DNA of 54,827 nucleotides, counting the filler, from Bipalium vagum (Eukaryota), in NCBI GenBank assembly GCA_037834085.1. It is 2 parts of 2 records of this genome, joined end to end, with 100 filler letters (N's around TTAATTAATTAA, not from the genome) between each part and the next. Parts side by side here need not be neighbours in the genome. Positions count along the whole stretch, not along the records: positions 1 to 31,898 come from JBBMKC010244801.1; 1 more part is not named here. One strand, 5' to 3'. A program made the translations under genes and the position numbers. Position 1 is the first letter of the stretch; every line of letters starts with the position of its first letter. The notes beneath the pieces were generated by a model. It was not told the origin of the DNA. It was given only the letters and a program-made list of their open reading frames with translations, and did no database searches. Positions 15,251-29,503 of this stretch are shown here, piece by piece.

Positions 15251-16200
15251 ACAGTGGGAATAAAAATTCCATCAATCATATTTTGGCATATTTACAAATT
15301 TTATTAAAAATTTATTGATGTTTAATAAATCATCTGCGGAATGATTTTTGCTGAATCTAACAATAAAATTTTGAAATCATTTTAATATTAATAAATATAA
15401 ATTAAAAATGCTTCTTTGAATAATAAGAAAAGAAATTATAAGAAAAGAGATAAATATAAGAAATAATATAATTAATAATTCTATTGCCAAAATTCATCCT
15501 TTTCGCAAAAATTAAGAAAAATCTTAATTTTAAAAAAATTAATCTAATTTATTTTTAATAAACATATCTTTAATCATAAATGTCATCTTGGTAGTGATTT
15601 TTTAGTTTTAACGAATCTACACAATTTTCCTAAAAAGGTTGCCAGGGACAAAAAATTATAGCATTATCACCTCTAATTTAAATTTTGGTTAAAGAATATT
15701 TTTCTCAAGGTATTGCTAACAAATCCATAAGATTTGATTATAAAACATCATTTAAAGATCTAAGTGAAGCAAATTATTTCATTTCTGCCCATCTTCTCAG
15801 TATTTTAGGAGAAATTGTCCAACTGAGTTTTATATTCATCGGGAATGGGATATATGAAATAGTGGCTAAATAATAATGAACATACTAATGTTAAACAATC
15901 GAATTAAGTCGGTATGACTTAGGAGAAAAATATCAGCTATCTTTTCCAATTGTCAGCCCATTAAAATTATTTTCGGATTAAATATCTCTCATCAAATTGG
16001 CAAAAATGTATATTGTTTTTGATCTTTTAGAAAAATTCGATGTTGATTTGTGATGAACACAATGATTTTATGTTTCAATTTGACATTGACTGAGAAGGTT
16101 CTTTTTCAATAGAAAACGTCCTTTAAAATTCATTTATGATTTTTTTATAAACGTCCAATGAAATTATCAGAAACATAAAAATTATACTAAAATAATTTCA
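15251..16200 (-). mobile_element. Possible very old Tc1/mariner-superfamily relic
   Basis: TA+CAGTGGGAATAAAAA terminus-like sequence and faint peptides (IEKEPSQS, QYLEKNIL). No clean motif. Confidence 0.3.
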
Positions 16201-16523
16201 TGATATCAATTAAAACTTTTCGAAAATAAAAGAAAGGAATTTCAAAAAAATTTAAAGGAAATCAAATTAAAAATTCATAATAAAATAAAAATTCTAATTA
16301 TCATTTTTATCATTTTAAAAAATGAAATACTAAAAATTTAATCATTTAAACAACAACATTTAGTTGGAAACTTTTTTGTTTAAATACATTATTTTAATCT
16401 GTCTTGAAATACAAGTTTAAATTAAATACACTGAAATTCACCTATAACGATGGATCAAAAGCGTTGCACATTCATCATAATATCCGAACGACGTTACGTC
16501 CGATATATATGGGAAATATTTTA

Positions 16524-17240
16524 TTAGGTTGGTGCAAAAATAATTCATCTTTTATAACGTCAAACTTAGCATATTTTAAGTCGGACCAAACAAACATTTA
16601 TTAATCAGAGTAACATCCTTGTGATTCCACACATTTTGCCAACGCAAAATAAGCTTGTTGATACCAGAAACATAGTAATCCGTTTGTGTGCACCTCACAA
16701 ATTCTAAGAAGGTGTTTTCAGCGACGGCTCGGTTGTTGAAATATTTACCTTGAAGGACGTTTTGTAGATGTTTGAAAAAGTGGAAGTCTGTTGGTGCTAA
16801 GTCTGGGGAATATTGAGGATGGGGCAAAATTTCGTAACCAGTTCGTTAAATTTCTGCAAGGTTGATATTGTGGTGTGTGGTCTGGCATTATCCTGAAGAA
16901 TGATTGATTCTTTTCTGTTTACCAAAGCTGGACTGGTAATTTGTAATTTTTGGTGCATATGGTTGATTTGCTGACAGTAACTGTTGGACGTAATGGTTTT
17001 TTCAGGATTCAGGAAATTGAAATGGATCAAACCATGTATGCACCATCAAACAGTTATCAGTACCTTTTTCTGTTGCAATTTTTGTTTCGGAAAGATTTTT
17101 GGAGGTTCACTTTGGTCCAGCCATTGACCAGAGCGTTGCCCATTATCGCACAAGATCCATTTCTCATCACATATTACAATTATATCTAAAAATGGGTAGT
17201 TCTTGTTACGGAAAAGAAAGGAAGACGCAACTTCAAAGCG
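16524..17240 (-). mobile_element. Mariner 3' portion with a well-preserved DDD catalytic region
   Basis: IVICDEKWILCDN, VLITVWW, IILQDNARPH, HPQYSPDLAPTDFHFFKHL (frameshifted); TA+TTAGGTTGGTGCAAAA terminus at 16524. Confidence 0.92.
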
Positions 17241-18787
17241 ACGTAATTTTTGGTAAAGTAAAAAATACTGTTAATTTTTAAAAATGAAATGATAAAAAAT
17301 TTAAAACTTGAAGTTTTAAAATATAATTATTTTGAAATATGAGAACAAATAAGTAAAAGGTAAAATGCAAATTGCACTTTTATTTCATAATAATTGTTTT
17401 TAAGCTAAAAGTTTCAAAAATACTTTTAAACCTTTAATTATAATTAATAATTTTCAAAAAAATTAATGTTTTTTTATAAAAATATTTTATAAAAAAATTG
17501 ATTTTAGATATTAAAAATCTTTAAAAAAATCTTTAAAAATAATAGAAAATTTATTTATTTAAAAAATTATATGATATTGATTATTAGTAAACTTAATAAT
17601 TGAATGCAAGAAATAAAGTATCCAATGTTATACTGTGGTTTAAATATTAAATAATTAAATATTAAAAATTCTCTCTGAAGATTATTGATAGCTGTGATAT
17701 TCTCTTTATAAATACATTTGAGAGGTACTTCTACATTCATTTATTAAAATGTATTTATTTAATTAATATTTATTTAAAATTTTATATGAACCTTCGACAT
17801 TAATTACTATATTTCTTCGTTTTCTTTTTAGTAATAAATTTAAAGTATTTTCAATTAATAAAAATGAAATTGATCGTTACCTGTATTTTTTGAGAAATTT
17901 ATTAATTTATTGAAAAAAATTTCCAAAATTTCTCAATTATTCAATTTATTTTTTCATTAATAATCAATAACTTCTATTTGCAGTACCTTTTTAAAAAATT
18001 TAATCTAAATAATATTGTTTGAGAAATTGTTCTTTTGATTATTAATAGCTTATATAAAACATAATTAAATATTCTTAATTACATAATAATGAAATATAAC
18101 TTTGTCTATTGTCTCAAGGTGCCAAGGAATAATTAATTTCACTTTAAAATTAATTATTATATTAGAATCGCTATAATAATTGTCATTATATAATGTTTTT
18201 TCAAAAAATTATTTCATCATAAAATGATCAAATATATATTCATAAAATGAAATAATAATATAAAGAATTAACAGTTTTAGGAAAAATTGAGAGGATGAAA
18301 ATATTTTATAATAAAATTAAAATTAATTAATGATAAAGTAATTTGTTTAATTTCTATATTTTGTTGATCTTGCTGAGTTTTTTAATTATTAAATATTTAT
18401 TAAATATTTTTAAAATTATTTTTTAAAGAAAACATTAATCATCCATTGATTCCTGCTTTCTCCATCCATTTCTGATTTCAGCTATTTTAATTACTAATAT
18501 TTTTCTTTCTTCAAAGTTATAAAAGTTATTCATTACTACACAAAACTCATGTTCATTGACATATTTATTTATTTGTCTCTCTTTGCAACTAACAGTATGA
18601 TCGAACACTTTATTTGTTCTACTTTTTTGAGAATGCTCAATAATTCATGTCTTTAGGTGACGTTGTATATAAATATAAATTACTTAATATAATATTAAAA
18701 TCTATCACTTAATCTACTTAACTATTGATAACATAATAATAAAAAGGTTTTATTTGAACCTCAAAGGACAAAAGAATGGAATCACTT

Positions 18788-18789
<2 letters not shown>

Positions 18790-18840
<51 letters not shown>
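18790..18840. repeat. (TAA)17 microsatellite
   Basis: Perfect trinucleotide run. Confidence 0.95.
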
Positions 18841-18842
<2 letters not shown>

Positions 18843-18899
18843 TAATTTTACTAATAGCGCATGCCACTTTTATGTAATTAGAGTACATGTAAATTTGCA

Positions 18900-20545
18900 T
18901 TTGTACATAATTTTAGATTAAAATAAAAGACCTTCCAATTTTCAAAGAAATGATTGTTGGTGCAAGTATAGGTGGGGTTTCTGTCTCAGAGATATTCAAT
19001 AAACAGTTTCAAAGTGTATGACTGCTTACACAACGCAAACTTTACCTTCTAAGCCTAGCAGTGATGTAGCTGTTTGAAAGATTAACAAAGTTTGAAGAGA
19101 GATATTTGAATAATAAAATAGCTGCAGTCACAGATTGATAACAGAACTCGATATATATTTATTAGGTCTACACTTATGACTCCATCATTTTTACCCTTAT
19201 TTAAAATGAAATAAATAAAAAAACCAAAACAAATTTATAAAAGATTTTTATTAAAAATAATTTCCTTCACCCATGACAACGTTTTCCCAAAGTTGTGGCA
19301 GTTTATGTATGTCATCATAGAAAAAATTATTTGATTTAGAGGCAATCGGATGATCTAGCCATTTTTTAAAATCCTCATAAGTCATAAAGCTGTGCTATGA
19401 CAGACTATGTGCCATCAAATGGAATAAATTATAATCCTACGGAACAATGTCTGGAGATTATGGCAGGGAGGGGTAATACATCCCATTTCAACTATATATA
19501 GCCTTATCAACGGTTTTTGTGACATGAGGCCGAGCGTTGTCATGAAGCATTATTATCTTCCCATGTCCATCAGCTCATTCTGGTCGTTTGGCAGCGATTT
19601 CTTCGCTTAGTTGCATTGATAGAGATTGGCAGTCACGGTTTCACCAGGTTTTAGAAGTTCGTAGTACAGAATACCTTTTTGATCACACCATATGCATAAA
19701 AATACTTTTTTTCCCATTGTTCAATAATTAAATAATTATTATGTAATAATATATTGGAGAAATATATCCATTTTTAATCCGCAGTTATTATAAGATGAAG
19801 GAAAGATTTTTCTTTTGTTCATTTTGATCAAAATTCGCATGTTGTTTTTCTCTGGTCTTGGCTTTTTTCTGTCAATACATGAGGCACCCTTTTTCTCACC
19901 TTTAGAATCTTTCCTAAACCGCGTAATCTATTGGAGATTGTTGAGAAAAGTTCAATGAAGCATCTAATTGTATCTGAGTTTGACAATCGTCTTCGTCCAA
20001 CAAATCTTGCAAATCATGGTCTTAAAATTTTTTTGGTGGATTTCCGTGGGCATTGTCATTAAGGTAAAATTTTCCCGTTTTGAATTTTTGAAACCTTGCC
20101 CGACATGTTTTTCAGCTAAAGAATTGTTACCATAAGCCTGTACTAATATATATATATATACTAATTTATATGCTTCGGCCGCATTTTTCTTTAAATTAAA
20201 TATAAATAATAAAGCTTCCCGCAAATAGTTATTTTCCGGTACAAATGTTATCATTTAAAATAGTAAATAATTAATGATGTGAAAACTATTTAAAAAATTA
20301 TTATATTATAATAAGCGCTCAAAGTGAATATTATTTAAACAACCACAAATATACAAAAAAACAATTTAATTTTAATTTTAATTATAAAAAATAAAAACGG
20401 CGGAGTCATATTTGTAGACCTAATAAGTATTCCTATTTTACACAAAGCAGTTATAAGACAGTTTTACAAGTCCAGCATTTACGGCTGTGTTGCCAAACAT
20501 AAATCTCTGATTTCTGATCATCATGCAAAATGCAAAACAAATAAT
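18900..20545 (+). mobile_element. Tc1-like transposase relic split by a nested mariner (pieces at about 18900-19159 and 20426-20545)
   Basis: Left piece MIVGASIGGVSVSE..TVSKCMTAY..ITELDIY; right piece TKAVIRQFYKSSIYGCVAKHKSLISDHHAK. These are collinear parts of the Tc1 DNA-binding region. Confidence 0.7.
19162..20423 (-). mobile_element. Full-length (1262 bp) inactive mariner, Mos1/mauritiana-like, with TA target-site duplications
   Basis: TIRs ttaggtctacacttatgactcc and ggagtcatatttgtagacctaa, each flanked by TA. Peptides MITFVPENNYLREALLFIFNLKKNAAEA, RVPHVL, IITAD*KWIY, MLHDNARPHV; several frameshifts. Confidence 0.93.
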
Positions 20546-20822
20546 ATTCTGATCATATTATAAGATAACAAAATAATGGTACTTCATTTGGCGTAATTCT
20601 GTCTTCAGGCCTACTATCGGTCTACCATATAATGTTTTTCAATGTCTTTTTCATTGTTCATTAGTCAACAAGATTCATTTTCATCCCCTTTTGCAGTTTG
20701 TTTTAAAAGTGAATCATTTTTGTTTCTATTTAACAAAGAAAAAAAATTAAAAATTTTGTAATGTCAATAACAAATATAAAATCAAAATATCAAATCACTT
20801 TATCGATCCGTAATTTTAAATA

Positions 20823-20842
20823 TTAGAGGTATGCATAAGTTC

Positions 20843-20885
<43 letters not shown>

Positions 20886-21686
20886 GAATTTAAGTAATAT
20901 TAATTATAATGTTACATCTAAAAATTTATATTTTGTTAAAGTAAGTCAGTATTGATTATATTTATAGCATTAATTTGATAACTATTTTACGTTTACCAAA
21001 TCATTTGCAGAAATTATAATAGAAATAGATAAAATACATATACACCACTGCTTTTTTTGTTAATCAGAGGAAAACATCAATCGAAGCAACTCGGATCATT
21101 GGCAATACATATGGTGATGGAGCAGTATCCCAGATTTCATGTCGTCAATGATTTCGACGTTTTGAAAACCGTGATTTTGATGTGAAAGATAAAGAACGCA
21201 TTGACCAGCCACATGAGATGAGTTCGGATGACTTAGAAGCATTTTTGAAGCAGGCTATGTTATCCGACCAAAAAGAACGAAATGATTCTTTTGCTCGACA
21301 ATTCCAGACCCCATGTTGTATTAGAAAACCGGGAAAAATTGATAATAAAAAATTGAAATAAAATAATAATTAATAATAATTGAAATAAAATTGGAAGTTC
21401 TGTCACACTAGGCTTATTCTCCAGATGTTGCCCCGGTAAATTTCACCTATTTCGTTCCATGCAGCAGGCTTTTGGATACACGATTCGGGAATATTGAAGA
21501 ATTACGAGAATTCATCGACAACTTCATCCAATCCAAAAACAAAGACTTTTCATCGGGTTATTCATTTTTTACCTGAAATATGGGAAAAAGTGGTGAATAA
21601 TTTTAATTGAATGTACTGTGTTATTTGTAATAATATTAATAAAAATTATTTGACTTGAAACGAAGTGAACTAATGCAAACTCATAA
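20823..21686 (+). mobile_element. Internally deleted mariner
   Basis: Degenerate TIR pair (ttagaggtatgcataagttca and tgaactaatgcaaactcataa). Peptides YGDGAVSQISCRQ*FRRFENRDFDVKDKER and AYSPDVAPVNFHLFRSMQ. Confidence 0.82.
20843..20884. repeat. Compound microsatellite (AT)9(GT)12
   Basis: Directly visible. Confidence 0.95.
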
Positions 21687-22529
21687 TATATTTCACTTGT
21701 GGTATGATTTACATATAACACAACTCTAATTTTCAATGTGGTTATATGGGGATTACTTTCTATCAGTTTGTTGATTTTGTCATAATGAGCTGACGACTTC
21801 GCCCAATAAAATTTCGTATTTTAAGACCGATATTACCATCGGGATAATGTTTTTCGTATCACCTTTTTTTATTTACTGAAGAATAATAGTCCTAAACATA
21901 TTTTCATCCATCATTTCTAAAATTCTAAAAAATTATTAATTTAAACAAATTTAGTTTTGAAATAAAACAAAGTTTTATCTAACAGTTTAAATAGATATTA
22001 AGATTTTTTGCATGACAAATATATTGATTGATCAATAACACTTTTCATTTTAAATATGATTTTATTTATATTTTTTATTTTATTAATATTCTGCAAATTT
22101 CAGTTAATTTTTAAGGTTAAATGTTTGTTACACAAATTCCCATAACTATCTTAAATTATTATTTTTATATTCTGGTATGACTTTTAATTGAATACACTCA
22201 AATACACTCCAAATGAGTTTCGAATCCATTGAGTAAATTACAATTAACTGTTTTCAATTAAAGAAATTTATTTTTATTTTTATTATATATTTACTTTTTA
22301 TATGTTTAAAATATAACTGCCAAGTTTGTAAAGGTATGATTTAATATTGTCACTATAATAACAGATTTTTATTTTATTCATTAAATATTAATTTATTTTT
22401 AATTTTTTTATATATCTAGAAAAAAAAATCTCAATCAATAAAATTTCAATTTAATTATATATCCCGTTATTAATTCTTTTTGTAAAAGTTAGTGATTATG
22501 TAAAGAGGTTTTTTAAAAATAATTTCTTG

Positions 22530-22630
22530 AACTAAGATAGTTCACGCTGAATTGGGCCATTTCGGAAGTAAGAAAATATTTCATTACTTCAAGGACCTAT
22601 ATTTCTAGACGTCGATTAAACAGGAGTTTG
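22530..22630 (+). mobile_element. Gypsy-like integrase zinc-binding fragment
   Basis: KIVHAELGHFGSKKIFHYFKDLYF* matches the H-x-GH-x-G start of the integrase H2C2 domain. The remnant may extend to about 23100. Confidence 0.55.
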
Positions 22631-24239
22631 GTTTACTTTATCAGAACCAATCAGTGAGATTAGTTGATCATCATATTGTTAAAAAGTTGATGTTATTGCT
22701 AAAAATTGTGATCAAGAAACAATTTCAGCCTGACAAAGTTTTTTCTTTATTAAATCATTTTGGGTTAAAAGATGACTATATGCCGGTAAAGAGAATCATA
22801 AGTGTCAGAATACAGAAATTATCAAGCAAAGTAGAAGAACTTGGAAGTCAAGTAGAATGAGTGAGTTCCAGATTGACAAAAGAAATGTAGAAATTGAAAT
22901 TTCAGAAGCATTAGTTAGAATAAAAGCCTTAGGTTGAAAAACTCTTTTCAGTATGAGGGCCCTTCTGTATCACAAAATTTATATCTCATTATCAAATCAA
23001 TTTGTAGTATACCAGGCGAAATAAAAACAATAAGAATTGAATGGCTAAAAATAGTAACAATCTACAGCGACGGAAGATTTAAAGATTAACTGGTGGATAT
23101 TGTTTAAATAAACAGTTTTCCGAAATGTAATAAGTCTTTATTTCGGAATATAAGGGTGAACGAACTATAAGACTGTTATTTATCATTTTAATAATTAATT
23201 AATTAATAATTTAATAAATAAACCGAAAGAAGCAATTTTCTTTTAAAATCTTGTAACCAAAGCAAATTTAAATGAAAAACTTGTATTTGATAATATAACA
23301 TAATTATGAAATCTCCCAAGTTGAAAATAAAAGAAACACCCTGTGTCTGTACCCTACGCAGCATATCAATGAATCAGTCATTCTTAAAATTTTCTTTAAG
23401 AAGAACCTGAAATTATATTTAGAATGTATTATATTATTGTAAGAAAATAGAAAGAAATTAAACTTCTTCGTTGGTACTTTCATTTTATTTACAGAAAAAT
23501 ATTTTTGATTTTTGTAAACAAAGTATTCGTTTTATTCATTAAGGAATATTTTTGATGAAACTAATTATAATTATAATAATAATTATTATTAATTTCAAAA
23601 TATTATCAGTTTGTTAATAACCGAGAATACTTTGATTTCTTAATTAATCTTCATGAAAAATCAACTTTTCACAATTACATCAAAGTTTTTCCACGGTTCG
23701 CTCATTTTAGTTTAATAATGAAAAATGTCAACCAAATTTTGTTTTAATTCACAATATATAAATAATTACATTTTAATTTAAAAGAAATAAATCCATATTC
23801 TATTATTCTTGATGATATGAATAAGAGATAAACAAAGATTATGTTAAAGTATTTCATAAATAATTTGCAATAATTTATGAACCAATGCTATAATAATCCT
23901 TTGATTTCTATTAAATTATCTTTGAAATAATAATGGAATATTAATCTCGAAATTCATTGAGTCTCATTTGAAAGAGATTAAGCAACAATTATCGCAGTTG
24001 CTTCAATGTGACACTATTTCTTCTGTTCATTTCTATTATCCATTTTACCAATTTTCCATCTAATTTCTAATTCTAAACGATTTTTAAAATAATTTTATTA
24101 ATATAAATATTATTTAAAACAAAAAATTATTTATCACATTAATTAATATTTTAAATGGACTAAATAAGGGTTTATACTAAAAATAGATTTAAAATTCATT
24201 TAATGATGGTGTAAATTAAATTTAAATTGTAAATAAAGG

Positions 24240-24680
24240 AATTTTTACTGTTCATGAGATCGTTAAGAACTAGGTCATTCAGAACAACTTTAGATTCTTC
24301 TTAACATGATTCTTAAAAAGTAATCAAAGCTATCAATGTTTGAAAAACCTTATAACACGTGATGAAATGTGTGTTGCTTATAATTACGTGAGACGTTTAA
24401 GATTATGGTCTGACCTCACTGATCATAAAATGACCAAACCATAATTAAAATCAGATTTCACCAAATAATATTGTTACCTATATGTTTGGAATAAAAGGAC
24501 ATTACATACTTTGAACTCTTATCACATGAGAGAAAAAATGATTCAAATGCAGACTGCCAGAAACTATAAAAATTGCTTGGATTTTTTGTCATACTCGGCC
24601 TCAGATGACTTCATCACCATCTCAATTGCTCAATCTTCAAGTTTCATTTTGCTTAAGGTGATTCACTTGAATGCTTTTTT
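24240..24680 (+). mobile_element. Degenerate mariner fragment
   Basis: ITRDEMCVAYNYVRR resembles ITGDEKWVxYDNxKR. Confidence 0.45.
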
Positions 24681-25079
24681 CGTCACGATTAACTCAATTA
24701 AATTGACTAATAATCAATTTTCAGTTAATTAGTTAATATATACATATATTCATTTACTATCATTATTATAGCTAGGTACAGTATTTAAATAATAAAGTAA
24801 GTAACAGGAAAACGAGATATTATAAATGCTCCTTATGATCAAACGATCAATAATATTAAATCAACTGTATATTAATTAGATAGTATTTAGTCCTAAGTTA
24901 TATTACAATTAAATTTGTAAAATTTTATTCAAATATTTAAGAATTACAAAACTTTTAGTATACAGATGTAGATTTTGAAAAAATAAGTAATATAAAACAA
25001 TCAAAACTTAAGACATATTTTAGTTCACATGAACAGTTCTAATATTTTTTATTGTCTCCACGGCTCATAGTAACAGGTG

Positions 25080-25335
25080 TGATTCGTTTTGATATTGATT
25101 CCACAGGTTTCTTGAGAAATTCCTGAAGAATAATATCCCATTCCTAAAAAATAATTTCATTTCTTCAACGATTTTAAAAACCTAAGCAAAACAAAGAAGT
25201 GGATAATTTGACCTTATAAGAATGCTAGCAGATCAGTGGAGTAATATCATTGAAGCTGATGGACTTTATTTTGAAAAGTAGTGTTATTGCTGTAAAATAA
25301 ATAATTTTGAGCACGAATTTTTGCATTACCTTAGT
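25080..25335 (+). mobile_element. Mariner 3' fragment
   Basis: LIRMLADQWSNIIEADGLYFE C-terminus followed by a TIR-like end and TA. Confidence 0.65.
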
Positions 25336-25645
25336 AATTCAATATTACGTTTACCCTTTTCCTCAATGTCTAGTGAGATCTTAACAATTATTGTGAATTT
25401 TTTATACATTAATTACCAATTTCTTTTTTATTTATTTTATTATGAGAACATCTTAAAACCAATTATTTAAATTAATTACAACTAATTAATTAATACAACT
25501 AAAATTAAAATAATTACAATTAAATAAGTAATATTTATTGAATAATAAATGTCATCTTTAATGAAAAAATATAAAAACTTCATGAAAAGTTAATAATGCA
25601 ATTAGTGCTGCAATTGAAATCACGAATGTAAAAATTATTGTTATA

Positions 25646-25925
25646 TTGGGTTGATTAATAAATTCGTGCGCCTTTAATGACAATTTTATGCATGTTTTAG
25701 AGATAAGAATCTAGCAATCAAACAAATTTTATTCTGAAAAATAAAGACCATTATATTCAACTGTCTTAATCAAAGGGTGAGCAAGTTGTTCGATGCCACT
25801 CTGGTACCATTCTTTATCTTTGGAAAGGAAAACTTCACGACATCCATTTTCAACCTGTTCTACATTCTCAAACTGTCCTCCTCTAAGGAAATGAGCCATT
25901 GATCGGTAGACAAATGTTGAACCCT
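25646..25925 (-). mobile_element. Mariner 3' fragment
   Basis: RSMAHFLRGGQFENVEQVENGCREVFLSKDKEWYQSGIEQLA..NGLYF; TA+TTGGGTTGATTAATAAATTCGTGCG terminus. Confidence 0.85.
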
Positions 25926-27259
25926 CCTCGTCGATTCTGTTGCGATCTTTTATTATTATAAAGAAATTATTGAATAAAAATTTTAAATGATTTTGCATGT
26001 AATTTGTTTTAGATAAATTTGGCAGATATTGGATATATAGAAAATAGTATTAGTGACAGCACATTACAACCAATTTACTCAAGTTTATGGGCAAAATTTG
26101 ATGCAAAATAAATTTAGAAACTTTAAGATTGGAAAATTCATTAAAAACCCTTCAAAGGGTTGTGGCAAGAAAGATATTTCAAAATTTTAATTGCAAAAAT
26201 TCGGGAAAAACTCATTTGTTAGATCATATTCTTTGACATCAACCTTTGATGAACTCAGGTAGTGGAACGTTATAAGAAATTTAAACAATTAATTGATTAA
26301 TTAATTAAATTATAGTAACCTTGAAATCACATTAATTTGTTAATATCTTCATATTATTGAACCAGAGATAATAAAGTTTATATTAATCAGTTTGAGTAAA
26401 GTAATATGTTAAATAAGAAAATTCTTTAAATTTTTTAGAAAGGTATTCCCAAACTGTATATTACAAAATTGAGGAGTGTTTCATTGAGAAATTCGTATTT
26501 GTCTCTCTTTATCAATGATTTAATACTTTTGACTTAAGCTTAAAATAAATTAGATTGGATTTTCTGCTAGTCAAAAACAAATTCTGCTGAGAATAAAAAA
26601 TGGACAAAAATGACAAGAATGTTTGTGAAACATTACACTTTCTAATTGAATAATTAAATAATTTAAAATTTTGCATTTTACAAAATATATCTTTATTTTT
26701 CTTTTTCTATTGAAATTTTAAAATTTTTACTTCTACTCAATGCATGTCAAGTTAAATATTAAAAAAATAAAATAATTCTACAATATAAAAAAGGATAAAA
26801 AAATATAAAAAAGAATACTTGGTGGATTTTTTTGTTTATAATAATTAATAAATAATAATATTAATCACCTATAAATAATTGACTATTGTTAATAACAAAT
26901 AATTGATTGACATTAATATATTTACAAAGCTCAAAATATCTGGTATAATTAATTATGGTAAATCAGTTGGGATGCTCACCAAACATTGTAATTAACTTTG
27001 AGGGTTATAGTGCTTATTTAAAAATATTTTAATTTCTATATAAAAATAATAATAAGAAACTTCTGATAAGACTTTTTTCCAGGTCCGATGTAATTCACCT
27101 CTTATTCTGTGTCATGTTGGATAAATATTTTCAAGCCTCTATATAAGTAGTAGTAACATTTTTTTTAATTTTTAAATGTGAATGTCAATAAGAGGAAATA
27201 TCAGAAAGTACAAGTAACATTGTTTATAACCCGCAAGAACAATTTTTTATTTTAATGTA

Positions 27260-27330
27260 CAGTGGGACCTCTGAAAAGTGACCACTTTTTCAGTACTGGT
27301 CACATTTTGAGAGGTGGTCACTTTTCTGAA
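27260..27330. mobile_element. Pogo/Tigger-type terminus with internal inverted subterminal repeat
   Basis: TA+CAGTGGGACCTC; gaaaagtgaccac is inverted as gtggtcacttttc about 30 nt downstream. Confidence 0.55.
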
Positions 27331-29265
27331 AATATCTGAAGAATAATAAAATTAAAAGCAAAATCGGTATGCCAAACATTTATTTCAAGAAATATCTTAA
27401 TATATTTTCATTTGGTGGCTTGACCGACGGCATGAGCGTATTTTCCAGCAAGTATATACAGTACTAATATGCCGTTTTGCTTATAAATTAATTTATAAAT
27501 TGTATATTAATTTATTTAGTAAGCGAAATCTATTTTCAAGCAACCAAAAATTGAGTTTTAAGTCATAAATCATTTTTTATTTATTCTTTATTTTAAAAAA
27601 CAATTGGAAAACAATTTTTTAAAAACAATAACTCTAAATAATAATTAAAAATGAGGAGTGCAGTGCAACAAAAATTTATTTACACACTCAAAGAAATCAA
27701 TCAAATCTAATTTAATTTAATTTTTTAAATGGTAATTTATATTTTATTAATGGTTTAATATAAATACTATATCTGAGTACAATTTGTATTAAAAAAAACT
27801 TTCAGAATGAGAGAAAATTCAAAAATTAATAATAAAATTTTTAAAAGATTTGATTGATTGATTATTACTAATAAAAATTTTTAATTATTTTATTAATTAT
27901 TAATTAAATTCAATGTTAAAAGCTTTATTATCATAAGTTCATTAAACGATAACTTATTAGCGTATATTTTTATAATAATCTACAAATATTTTCATAATGC
28001 TAAATTATTTTTATAATAATATTTAATTTTTTAATAATTATTTTTGATAAAGCCCATTATTATAATTTCGTTTGTCAAAATGCCTTTTAAAAGGTGAGTT
28101 AAATAAATAAAAATAATCTGAAAGTGACGTAAAAATAAAATTTTGAGTAATGCATAATAAATTGCATAAATGACGTAAATGTCAAAAAACTATTATAAAA
28201 AATTATTATTTCACAATTTATTGACACAAGAAATTAAATTATATTATTTTATTTCATATTTTTTTTAGTTGAGAATTTTGTAAAACACAATAATATGTTG
28301 ATAAATATTTTCGTTGTCTCTGGTTTTTTTATTTTAATGTTTAATTAAATTATAGAAAAAATAACAATTATTTGATATAAATTGAGATAAACATGATGCC
28401 CTAAATATTAATAAAAATAATATGTATTAATAATATTTTCGCGTTTTGTTAAAATTACTAAATTTGAGAATTAATTTAAATCTTAGAAATTTAATTGAAA
28501 CCAAATTTTTTTTAATGTAATAAATTTAAAAAAACATTTAAAATTATATAGTGAAAAATATTTATTAATGTGATATTTTACAAGAAAACACTGACGAATA
28601 AACAAATAGAGGTTTTATTAGTTTAATAAGGCAAATCCATTATAATTATCATGTGACATTTACTTAAAACATAAACGAAAGTACTTAATTTATTTAAAAA
28701 TATATAACATTATTCGTAAAAATTTAACATAATTCGAATCAAAGGATATAAAATATCTTCAACTTATAAAATAATAAAAAAAACAGGTAAAACCATAATG
28801 GTACAAATTTATACGTATAAATATTTTCGAAAAAAATATAATTTTAAATTAACTTTTGAAAAATTATAAGGTTTTATATAATTTTTGATACTATTTGACT
28901 TCAGTGCTTTAATTTTATAATTTATATTTTAAGAAATAACAGCATTGTAAGAATAAAGTTTAATTAATATTAAATATAAAAACAATTTATAAATATTTTT
29001 TAAAAAAATAAAGTAATATATTGATATTTAATCTTTAATGTAAAATAAGTGTTTTAAATAATTTTAAAGTTATTTGTAAAAAGTAAATAATTTAATTAGT
29101 GTTGATAAAATTATAGATAATTAATTTACCTAAATAAATAATCAAACAAAATTCTTATTCAACCATTCAATTCTTTTCATCAAATAAATATTATATTCAA
29201 TCTTGACTTTATGAATTCAAAAAGTGTAGGTAACGGAGCAGTAACTAAGAAGCACTAAATTATTA

Positions 29266-29503
29266 CAGTTGTGAGCAAAGGTTTAAGACAGATTATGAAA
29301 TTTTAATTATCTTATAAGTTTTATTTAAGTCGTTACATATAATCAAATAAAAGTGCAATGGAAATTAATTTAGAAAGCAAAGAAATCAAAATAAATCAAT
29401 TACTTTATTTAAGCAAATCGTAGAATTTTGTAACTGATACTAATGATAATTACTTAATTTATGATGATAATTTTAAGATGCCTCTAACTTTTGCACACCA
29501 CTC
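29266..29503. mobile_element. Putative Tc1-derived MITE (about 238 bp)
   Basis: Left end TA-cagttgtgagcaaaggtt; right end reverse-complements to TA-gagtggtgtgcaaaagtt. Interior is non-coding. Confidence 0.5.
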
